Shown here piece after piece: positions 54,749-62,948 of a stretch of 64,000 nucleotides of DNA. The position numbers were made by a program, and so were the translations under genes. The DNA comes from an uncultured Acidobacteriota bacterium (lineage in GTDB: Bacteria; Acidobacteriota; Vicinamibacteria; Vicinamibacterales; CAVVIG01): positions 1,539,823 to 1,603,822 of the forward strand of contig CAWIMX010000001.1 of NCBI GenBank assembly GCA_963837345.1. Direction: 5' to 3'. Numbering within the stretch: the stretch's first letter is position 1; the number at the start of each line of letters is the position of its first letter. Below the pieces are notes generated by a model, which saw only the letters and a list, made by a program, of their open reading frames with translations, searched no databases and was not told where the DNA came from.

Positions 54749-56433
54749 CGCCGGGCGGGCAGCGCCGTCGTCAGCCACGCCGCCACGGCTTCGGCGATGT
54801 TCGGACTGATCGACTCGTCCGAGAGCGACGCGTACTCGCCCACCTCGCCGGTCGTCGCGGGCACCAGCAGATGATTGATGCCGGCCAGCTTCACCACTTC
54901 CGGCGAGGGCGCCCCCTTGCGCGCGGCGGCCAGCTCGGCGAGTCGATCGGCATTCGACGGTTCGACCTGGCTGTCGACCTCGCCCTGGACGATCAGGATC
55001 GGCTGATCGATGTCCCGCATGAGGCGCGCGGGGTCGAATGCGAGAAAGCTCTTGAACCACGGCGTATCGGCCCGGGCTCGCAGCTCGGGCTCGATGTCTT
55101 CCCAGCCCTTCCCGGTGAGGACGGCCTCCTGGATCTTCCGTTGCAGCTGAAGGGTCGCGTCGAGCTGGTCGCCGGATCGGCCGGCGAGGGCGTTCGCGTG
55201 CTGGATCTGCGCCATGTTCAGCTCGGCGCCCGTGACGCCCGGCGATGCCACGAGCACGAGCGCGCGGATCTTCTTTTCCTTGTCCGCCGCAATCATGGCC
55301 ACCATGCCGCCCTCGCTGTGGCCGACGACGGCGATGCGCCGGTCGTCGACGTCTTTGCGGTCCGCCACGAATTTCACGGCGGCGCGGAGGTCGTCGGCAT
55401 AGTCGGCGAGGGTGGCGGATTCCGGGCGGCCGCCGCTCTGGCCGACGCCGCGCTTGTCGTATCGCAGCACGAGAAATCCATCGTCGGCGAGCGCCGAGGA
55501 GAGCTCGGCGAAGATCGGAATGCCGTAGACTGTCTCGTCGCGGTCGGTCGGGCCGGATCCGCCAACGAGCACGATGGCCGGCAGCGGCGCGGCGCTGGCG
55601 TCCGCGGGCCTGGAAATGGTTCCCGCCAGGGAGAAACCGACTGCGGGGATGCGGACCTGTTCGTCGTTGGGCCGCGCCATCACGACGCGGCGCGCGGCCA
55701 CCGATCCCACGTCCTCGCGGACGACCTCGAGGCCCTGCGCCGGTACGCTCAGCCGCAGCAGGCGACCCGTCGAGTCGGCCCACACGTCCATGTCGAGGGG
55801 CGGGGCGCCCGGGAGCAGCAGCTGCACAGCCGTGCGGCGCGCGTCGATCAGTTGGGCCGCCGTCTGGATCTGCTCCGACGTCGATCCGCCGACCTTCGCC
55901 GTATACGCGCCGTGCGGACCGCTGTAGATCGGCACGATCGCGCCGTCAGGCGCGGTGCGGAGGCGCACCGCCAGCGCCTCGAAGGCGCCGAAAAACGGAT
56001 TCGGCAGGAAAATCGCCGTGTCGTCGATCGGTTCCGTGACGTTCTGGGCCTGGGCGCCGCCGCCCACCGCCGTCGTGGCGTTCGCGCCCTCGACCCGCGT
56101 ATGAATCGACACCGGTTGTCCGCCCGCCGTCGCATCGATCGTGACCTCGAGAGGACGCCAGCTCGCGTCGTACCGCACGTCGAGCAGTCGTGTCACGACA
56201 TTCAGGGGCGCGCCGATACGACCCGAGCTGGTGATCCGCCAGCCTGCGGCGTCGCGCGTCAGACGGACGTCGGTGGTTCCGATCTGCGACGAGCGGAGGA
56301 AAATCTTGAAGCTGCTCGCGCCCGCCGCCGGAACGACGGCCGGGGCCTGCGGAGCGGCCGCCGCGGAGCCGGCGAGGGCTGAGGCGCAGACGAGCGCGCG
56401 GATACAATGGCTCCACGACATCCGTTTCAGCAT
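54745..56433 (-). CDS. secreted alpha/beta hydrolase (S9-like) with N-terminal beta-rich domain
   Basis: Signal peptide. Nucleophile elbow VVGHSEGG. C-terminal GEVDSQV...NHLL. Confidence 0.75.
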   Translation of the reverse strand: MLKRMSWSHCIRALVCASALAGSAAAAPQAPAVVPAAGASSFKIFLRSSQIGTTDVRLTRDAAGWRITSSGRIGAPLNVVTRLLDVRYDASWRPLEVTIDATAGGQPVSIHTRVEGANATTAVGGGAQAQNVTEPIDDTAIFLPNPFFGAFEALAVRLRTAPDGAIVPIYSGPHGAYTAKVGGSTSEQIQTAAQLIDARRTAVQLLLPGAPPLDMDVWADSTGRLLRLSVPAQGLEVVREDVGSVAARRVVMARPNDEQVRIPAVGFSLAGTISRPADASAAPLPAIVLVGGSGPTDRDETVYGIPIFAELSSALADDGFLVLRYDKRGVGQSGGRPESATLADYADDLRAAVKFVADRKDVDDRRIAVVGHSEGGMVAMIAADKEKKIRALVLVASPGVTGAELNMAQIQHANALAGRSGDQLDATLQLQRKIQEAVLTGKGWEDIEPELRARADTPWFKSFLAFDPARLMRDIDQPILIVQGEVDSQVEPSNADRLAELAAARKGAPSPEVVKLAGINHLLVPATTGEVGEYASLSDESISPNIAEAVAAWLTTALPARR

Positions 56434-56439
56434 AGCACC

Positions 56440-57442
56440 ATGGTTTCAGCCGCCTCGATCGATGCCTATCATGCAGCCCGTCAACGGGCTGCCGTGCTGG
56501 ATCGGTCCTCTCGCGGGCGCCTTGTCCTGTCGGGTCGCGACCGCCGCTCCTACCTTCAGGGCCTCCTGACGAACGACATCACTGCGCTCGGGCCGGGTGA
56601 GGGCTGTTACGCGGCCTACCTCACGCCTCAAGGGCGAATGATCGCCGATCTCTTCGTCTACGAGCTGGCCGACGCGATTCTCGTTTCGACGATCGGGGAC
56701 GTGAAGGACCTGCTGGCCGCGCGGCTCGACGAGTTGATCTTTTCGGAAGACGTCCAGGTGACGGACGTCACGACCACGTTCGCGCAGGTGGCCGTCGTGG
56801 GTCCCGACGCGGCGGCCATCGTCGCGCCGATCGCGAGCATCGCGCGTTCAGTGCTGGAGGCGATGCCTGAACATGCGTGTCGGCGCACCGTCGTCGCCGA
56901 CGCACCGGGCATCGTCACGCGTATCGTCGACGTCGGCGAGCCGGGGTTCGACCTCTATGTCTCGTCGGCCGGGGGCGCGAGTCTGCTGGCCGCGATCCGG
57001 GAGGCGGGCGCGAGCCCGCTCGACCAGGCGGCCGCGGACGCGCTTCGGATCGAGGCCGGCGTCCCGATGTTCGGCCAGGACATGGATCAGGACACGATTC
57101 CGCTCGAAGCTGGCATCGAAGATCGCGCGATCAGCTTCACGAAGGGCTGCTACGTCGGCCAGGAAGTGATCGTGCGCGTGTTGCAGCGTGGCCACGGTCG
57201 CATCGCCCGCAAGCTGGTGGGCGTGCGGCTCGAGGCGAATGAACCGCCCGCGCGGGGCGCGCCGATCCGCCATGAGGGGCGCGACGTGGGCCGCGTCACG
57301 AGCGGCGCCTGGTCGCCCGCGCTCGGGGCGGCGATTGCGCTCGGCTACGTGCCGCGTGACCTGGCCGCCCCGGGATCGCCGCATGACCGTCGACAACGTC
57401 GCCGCCTTCGTCATCGCCCTGCCGATTGGCGCAGGCGCCTGA
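56440..57442 (+). pseudogene. folate-binding YgfZ / GcvT-family protein, one +1 frameshift near 57374-57386
   Basis: AAVLDRSSRGRLVLSGRDRRSYLQGLLTNDI...ISFTKGCYVGQEVIVR is typical. The C-terminus (MTVDNVAAFVIALPIGAGA*) lies in the next frame. Confidence 0.75.
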
Positions 57443-57805
57443 TCAGCTGCAGCGTCGGCCGGCGGGAACGTGTCCTCGTCCAGATCGGCACACGGCGTCC
57501 AGGCAAGCTCCTGACCGAGGCGGCCCGCGGGCTCGCCGCGAAGGTCGCACCGGAGGAAATGCAGCTCGACGCGCCGGTCTTCGTAGTCGTGCATGACGCT
57601 GAACACCTCGGGTCCCACGTCGGCGTCCACGTCGAGCTCCTCCCGCAGCTCGCGCCGCAGGCAGGCTTCGAGCGTTTCGCCCGCCTCACACTTTCCGCCG
57701 GGGAACTCCCAGCATCCCGCCAGATGCACGCCCGGCTGCCGTCTCGTGACGAGCAGGCGCCCGTCGTCGCTCGACAAGGGCGGCCGAGACGACGACGGTC
57801 GTCAT
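57411..57805 (-). pseudogene. mutT: NUDIX hydrolase MutT-like (8-oxo-dGTP diphosphatase), two apparent +1 frameshifts
   Basis: Nudix box GGKCEAGETLEACLRRELREELDV. The N-terminus MTTVVVSAALVE is in another frame. The likely C-terminus ...LIRRLRQSAGR* is in a third frame. ATGA overlap with the mutY stop. Confidence 0.65.
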
Positions 57806-58543
57806 CGGCGCGCGCGTCTCTTGCGCGGCGGGGGGACCGCCAACGAGTAGGCCCGGCAGTCGGCGCGCATCGGGCAGTCCGGACAGGCCGGATTGCGCGC
57901 GGCGCACACCGTGGCCCCGAAATCCATCAGCGCCTGGTTGAAATCGAACACGCGGCGCATCGGCACGAGCGCGTCGGAGACGGCCCACAGATGGCGCCGC
58001 GTCGCATGGCGCTTGGGGTCGCCCTTGGCCGAGGAAGACGCGAAAGAGGACGCGCGCCACATTGGTGTCGAGAATCGCGGCGCGCTCGCGAAACGCGAAG
58101 CTTCGAATGGCCCCGGCCGTGTACGCGCCAATGCCTTTGAACGACAGCAGCGTCGCCTCGTCCGACGGCAGCTGTCCGCCGTACCGTTCCACGGCTTCCC
58201 GCGCGATGGCCTGAAGACGACGCGGACGGATGTTGTAGCCGAGCGGATACCACGTGCGCGTCACGTCCTCATCGGGCGCACCGGCAAGCGCGTGGAGCGA
58301 CGGATACTTGCCCAGCCACTCGTGGTACTTCGGCAGCACCCGGTCGACCTGCGTCTGCTGCAGCATGATTTCCGAGACGAGGATGTGATACGGGTCGACG
58401 TCTTGCGCCAGGGCAAGTCGCGGCCGTGGCGTGCGTACCACGTCAGCAGGCGCCGGCGGAACGTGCGGCGTTCCTCGGGGCGACGGGAGCCCGAGTGGAG
58501 AGCGGGTCCGACGGGTGATCCGCGGTCGTTGCGAGTTGGCCAT
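57802..58543 (-). pseudogene. mutY: A/G-specific adenine glycosylase (MutY/EndoIII family), one +1 frameshift at about 58037-58040
   Basis: [20 protein letters not shown], HhH FKGIGAYTAGAI..ILDTNV, and the FeS cluster loop CAARNPACPDCPMRADC in the following frame. Confidence 0.8.
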
Positions 58544-58559
58544 CCCGTATAATTCGCCC

Positions 58560-59098
58560 GTGAAACTCTACACGCGAACGGGCGACGCTGGCGAGACGTC
58601 GCTGTTCGACGGCACCCGCGTCAGGAAGGACGACGCGCGCGTCGCCGCGTACGGCGACGTGGACGAGTTGCACGCCTGGCTGGGGTTCGTCGCGATCGCT
58701 GCGGCTGGACGACGATCTGGATGGCGAAGTCGTTCAGATCCAGCGGGACCTGTTCGCCCTCGGGGCGCAGCTCGCCGATCCGGCCCATCGGATCGCCGAC
58801 CGCGTGACGAAAGCCGCGCTCGACGACGACGACGTGACGCGGCTGGAGCGGCTGATTGATCGGCTCGACGCGGCGGTGCCGCCGCTGCGCCGGTTCATTC
58901 TCGCCGGCGGCAGCCCGACCGGCGCCGCGCTTCACGTGGCGCGAACGGTGTGCCGACGGGCCGAGCGCCGCATCGTCGTCTCTGGACCCCGCCCCCGACG
59001 CCGTCCTGCTCCGATACGTCAATCGCCTGTCCGATCTGCTGTTCGCGCTGGCCCGCGCGGTCAACGCGCGGGCCGGCTCGCCGGAGATCGAATGGTGA
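58560..59098 (+). pseudogene. PduO-type ATP:cob(I)alamin adenosyltransferase, two +1 frameshifts (about 58688-58700 and about 58975-58985)
   Basis: [36 protein letters not shown] / [13 protein letters not shown] / LLRYVNRLSDLLFALAR lie in three successive frames. Confidence 0.8.
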
Positions 59099-59117
59099 CC
59101 TTCTCCCGCGTCGGTTC

Positions 59118-59618
59118 CTAAGATGCCGCGGCGTCTCGCGATTCGAGGTCGCGTTTCACGGCATCGAAGATCGCGCGTGCCAGCTCCTGCGAAACCCGTT
59201 CCCGAATCGCGCCGCATTCGAGCAGCAGGGTGCCTCCGGTCGCTTCGATTGCCACGTCCCAGCGGTCGCGCGCTATGCCCTCCGGCCGGTCCTCGAAGCT
59301 CGTCGGATGAACGGCCGCGGCCCGGGGATGCCGCTGCGAGACGTACGCGGCGATCGGCGATCCGTTGATCAGCACGCGGACGGCGCCAATCGCCGTCTTT
59401 TCGACCGATCGCGGTCCGTAGTGAAAGCACGAAGCGTCTTCGGTGAAGAGCACGAGGTCCTCGTCTCCGGGGATCTCGGCGATGATCCGCCGCCCGGCGT
59501 GTTCTTCGTCCGCGCGGGCGTCGGCGCGCCGGCGTCGCGCCCAGTGGAGCGTCGTCGACAGGCTGAGGGCGACGAACAGCAGCGCGAGCGCCACGAGACC
59601 GGCGACGGCGTCACGCAT
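59118..59618 (-). CDS. hypothetical membrane-anchored protein
   Basis: 166 aa, N-terminal TM AVAGLVALALLFVALSL. No SD, and the start is uncertain. Confidence 0.45.
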   Translation of the reverse strand: MRDAVAGLVALALLFVALSLSTTLHWARRRRADARADEEHAGRRIIAEIPGDEDLVLFTEDASCFHYGPRSVEKTAIGAVRVLINGSPIAAYVSQRHPRAAAVHPTSFEDRPEGIARDRWDVAIEATGGTLLLECGAIRERVSQELARAIFDAVKRDLESRDAAAS

Positions 59619-59622
59619 GAGA

Positions 59623-59721
59623 CGGGTTCGGCGGGTTCGACGGGTTCGACGGGTTCGACGGGTTCGACGGGTTCGAAGGGTTCGGGCGGTTCGGGCGGTT
59701 CGGAAGGTTCAAGGAGTTCAC
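59623..59721. repeat. 9-bp tandem repeat (CGGGTTCGA) x about 11 in a divergent intergenic region
   Basis: The five central copies are identical and the flanking copies are degenerate. The repeat lies between the start of 59118..59618 (-) and hpnC (+). Confidence 0.9.
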
Positions 59722-59736
59722 GTATAGAATGCGGCG

Positions 59737-60633
59737 GTGCCCCGCCGGGGAGAGCCGCTCGATCGCGCGTATCGCGCCTGTGAGGGGCTGGCGCGCGCGC
59801 ATTACGAGAATTTTCCGGTGGCCTCGCACCTGCTGCCGCGCGCGATGCGTCCCCATGTGGCCGCCGTCTACGCCTTCGCGCGCGTGGCCGACGACTTCGC
59901 CGACGAAGGAACCGAGGCGCCGTCCGAACGACGCGCGCGCCTGGCTGCGTGGCAGAGCCGGCTCCACGCCGCCGCCGCGAAGCCGCCCGTTCCCCGCGAA
60001 GACGACTCCGCGGAGAACCTGATCTTCGCGGCGCTCGGGCACTCGATTCATGCGCTCGATCTGCCGATTTCCCTGTTCGACGACCTCCTGAGCGCGTTCG
60101 GTCAGGATACCATGACGATGCGCTACGCTTCGTGGGAGGACGTGCTGGACTACTGCCGCCGATCGGCCAATCCGGTCGGCCGACTCGTGCTGCGCATCGC
60201 GGGGTATCGCGACGGCGCGCTGGATCGATCGTCTGACGCGCTCTGCACCGCGCTGCAGCTGACCAACTTCTGGCAGGACTTCGGGCGCGACTGGCGGGCG
60301 GGGCGCCTCTACGTGCCCCGCGACGTCGTCGAGGCGTGCGGCGCCTCGGAAGCCGCGCTGGCAGGCTCGCGTCTCGACGCACCCTGGATCGCGGCGCTCG
60401 GCCGGGCGGCCGCCTTCACGCGCCAGCAGTTCGCTGCCGGCCGTGCCGTCTGCGACGGCGTCGGCGGCCGGCTTCGGTTCGAGCTGCGGCTCACCTGGCT
60501 CGGTGGATCGCGCATCCTCGATCGCGTCGAGGCGCAACGCGGCGACCTGCTCGCGGCTCGCCCGACCCTCGGGCTGTCCGACGTGCCGATCCTCTGCTGG
60601 GGCGCGCTCCGGTGGCGGCGGCAGGACGGCTGA
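59737..60633 (+). CDS. hpnC: squalene synthase HpnC
   Basis: YENFPVASHLLPRAMRPHVAAVYAFARVADDFADE... and LQLTNFWQDFGRD, 298 aa, GTG start. Part of the hpnCDE set. Confidence 0.85.
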   Translation: MPRRGEPLDRAYRACEGLARAHYENFPVASHLLPRAMRPHVAAVYAFARVADDFADEGTEAPSERRARLAAWQSRLHAAAAKPPVPREDDSAENLIFAALGHSIHALDLPISLFDDLLSAFGQDTMTMRYASWEDVLDYCRRSANPVGRLVLRIAGYRDGALDRSSDALCTALQLTNFWQDFGRDWRAGRLYVPRDVVEACGASEAALAGSRLDAPWIAALGRAAAFTRQQFAAGRAVCDGVGGRLRFELRLTWLGGSRILDRVEAQRGDLLAARPTLGLSDVPILCWGALRWRRQDG

Positions 60634-61436
60634 TGGCCCGGAAGACCAGCTTCTACTACTCCTTTCTCGTGCTGCCGACCGAGCAGCGCCGCGCCATCTT
60701 CGCCGTCTGGGATTTCTGTCGGGCCGTCGACGATGCCGTGGACGAGCGGCCCGGCGAGCGGGCGCCGCAGGGGCGCGCCGCCGTCGAGTTCTGGCGGCGC
60801 TGAGCTCTCGCGCTGCTACGACGGCACGCCGCCCCGACACCGTCGAGGCGAGGCGGCTGCAGCCGCTCGTCGCCCGGTTCGACCTGCCCCGGCAGGCGTT
60901 CGAGGACGTGATCGACGGCGTGGCCATGGATCTCGATACGACGCGATACCAGACCTTCGAGGATCTGCTCGAGTACTGCCGCCGCGTCGCATCGGCGGTC
61001 GGGCTGATCTGCATCCGCATCTTCGGGTGCCGCAGCGCAGGCGCCGCGTGTGTATGCGCTCGACCTCGGCGTCGCGCTGCAGCTGACCAACATCGTCCGG
61101 GACATCCCTGAAGACCTCGCGCGGGGTCGCCTCTATCTCCCGCTCGACGACCTGGCCGCATGCGGCTGCACGCCTGAGGACATTGCCGGCGGCGTCCTGA
61201 CGCCGCCCGTGAAGGCCCTCATCGCGTTCGAGTGCGATCGGGCGCGCACGTTCTACCGCCGGGCCGTCGAGGCACGCCCCGACGAAGACCGCGGCCGCCT
61301 CGTTGCCGCGGAAATCATGCGTGCCGTGTACTTCGAGACGCTTCGCCGCATCGAACGGCACGGCTACGACGTGTTCACGGCGAGGGCGCGGCCGCCGCGG
61401 GCCGTGCAGGCCGCCATCGCGCATCAGGCAATGGTT
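60633..61436 (+). pseudogene. hpnD: presqualene diphosphate synthase HpnD, three +1 frameshifts (about 60800, 60832-60835, about 61040-61050)
   Basis: TSFYYSFLVLPTEQRRAIFAVWDFCRAVDDAVDE (frame 0), ELSRCYDG (frame 1), DLPRQAFEDVIDGVAMDL...YCRRVASAVG (frame 2), ALQLTNIVRDIPEDL (frame 0). No stop before hpnE in the present sequence. Confidence 0.8.
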
Positions 61437-62822
61437 ATGGCCGTCCTGACAGAGGCTGTCGTCGTCGTCGGCGCGGGGTTCGCCGGCCTGAGTGCGGCCG
61501 TCCGGCTGGCGGCTGCGGGCCGGCGCGTGGTGGTGCTCGAGGCGCGGGCCCGCCTGGGCGGTCGCGCGACCGCGTTCGAAGACCGCGAGACCGGCGAGCT
61601 CGTGGACAACGGGCAGCACGTCCTCCTCGGGTGCTATGCCGACACGTTCGCCTTCCTGCAGGCGATCGGAGCCGCCGATGCCGTGCGCCTGCAGGCGGGG
61701 CTCGGCGTCACGATGATTGATCGGGCCGGGCGGCGCACGCGGCTGTCGTGCCCGTCGTTGCCCCCGCCGTTGCATCTGCTCGCGGGGGTGATGGAGTGGG
61801 AGGCGCTCGGCTGGCGCGATCGGCTGGCGGTGCTGCGCCTGGCGCCGGCGATTCGGCTCGCACGGCGAGCGATCGATCCGAACGCCGGTGTCATCGCCGC
61901 ATCGGCCGCCGAAACCGTCGAGCGCTGGCTCGAGCGCAACGGTCAGACCCCTCGACTGATCGAGATGCTGTGGCATCCGCTGGCGCTGGCGGCGCTCAAC
62001 CAGCCGCCGGATCGCGCCGCCGCGCCCGTGTTCGCTCGCGTTCTGGCGGAGATGTTCGGGTCGGCTCCACGCGCGGCCGCGATCGGATGGCCCACGCGGC
62101 CCCTGCATCTGATGTACGCAGAGCCGGCGCGATCGTGGCTCGAACGACACGACGCCGAGGTGCACACCGGGGTGGCGGCCCGTGTGATCCTCGCCGACGG
62201 CGCGGTCGACGCCGTCGAAGCCGCCGGCGAGCGGTGGCGGCCCGGCGCGGTGATCGTGGCCGTGCCCTGGTTCGCGCTGGGAGAGGTCCTCGCCGGCGAA
62301 ACGGCTCCGATGGCCCCTGTGCTGGGGCGCGCCGCACGCATGGAATCGTCGCCGATCGTGACCGTCAACCTCTGGTTCGATCGTGCCGTGATGGACGAGC
62401 CATTCGTCGGCCTGCCGGGCCGCCCCGTCCAGTGGGTCTTCGACAAGCGGAGCGTTCTCGGGGCATCGGCGTCGCACCTGTCGGTCGTGGCGAGCGGCGC
62501 GGCGGAGCTGGCGGCGCTGTCGAACGATCGCCTGATCCGCGTGGCGCACGGCGAGCTGCTGGACGCGATTCCGGCCGTCCGCCCGGCGGCGCTGACACGA
62601 GCGACCGTGATTCGTGAGCCGCGTGCGACGTTCTCGCTCGCGCCGGGCCAGCCCGCGCGCCCGCCGGCCGAAACGCCCGTGGATGGCCTTGTGCTCGCCG
62701 GCGACTGGATCGACACCGGCCTGCCAGCTACGATCGAGAGCGCCGTCCGGAGCGGCCACCGGGCGGCCGAGATCGTGTTGACCACCGGGGCGCGGCGCGA
62801 GGGAAATGACCACGGGAAATAA
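61437..62822 (+). CDS. hpnE: hydroxysqualene dehydroxylase HpnE (FAD-dependent amine oxidase fold)
   Basis: VVVVGAGFAGLSAAVRLAAAGRRVVVLEARARLGGRA...DNGQHVLLGCY. The start is taken at ATG 61437 (or 61431) inside the continuous track ORF 61050..62822. Confidence 0.85.
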   Translation: MAVLTEAVVVVGAGFAGLSAAVRLAAAGRRVVVLEARARLGGRATAFEDRETGELVDNGQHVLLGCYADTFAFLQAIGAADAVRLQAGLGVTMIDRAGRRTRLSCPSLPPPLHLLAGVMEWEALGWRDRLAVLRLAPAIRLARRAIDPNAGVIAASAAETVERWLERNGQTPRLIEMLWHPLALAALNQPPDRAAAPVFARVLAEMFGSAPRAAAIGWPTRPLHLMYAEPARSWLERHDAEVHTGVAARVILADGAVDAVEAAGERWRPGAVIVAVPWFALGEVLAGETAPMAPVLGRAARMESSPIVTVNLWFDRAVMDEPFVGLPGRPVQWVFDKRSVLGASASHLSVVASGAAELAALSNDRLIRVAHGELLDAIPAVRPAALTRATVIREPRATFSLAPGQPARPPAETPVDGLVLAGDWIDTGLPATIESAVRSGHRAAEIVLTTGARREGNDHGK

Positions 62823-62945
62823 CCACGGAGGAAAAACCACGGAAGAAAAACCACGGAGGCACAGAGACACAGAGAAGAGGGAGCATCTCGTGGCCCCCGT
62901 GTCTCCGTGGTGTCCTCTCTCCGCGGGCTCCGTGGTTGAGAGACG
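62823..62945. repeat. dispersed-repeat hairpin of the CCACGGAGGCACAGAGACAC family
   Basis: Three forward AACCACGGA(G/A)G copies face CCCGTGTCTCCGTGG...CTCCGTGGTT. The last codons of hpnE (NDHGK*) already lie in repeat sequence. Confidence 0.7.
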
Positions 62946-62948
62946 CGA

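Noticed and set aside
59623-59721. 9-bp repeat as coding sequence (GSTGSTGST / EPVEPVEPV)
   Set aside because: It lies between two divergent starts, with no start codon or SD in phase. A coding reading would require an implausible extension of neighbouring genes.
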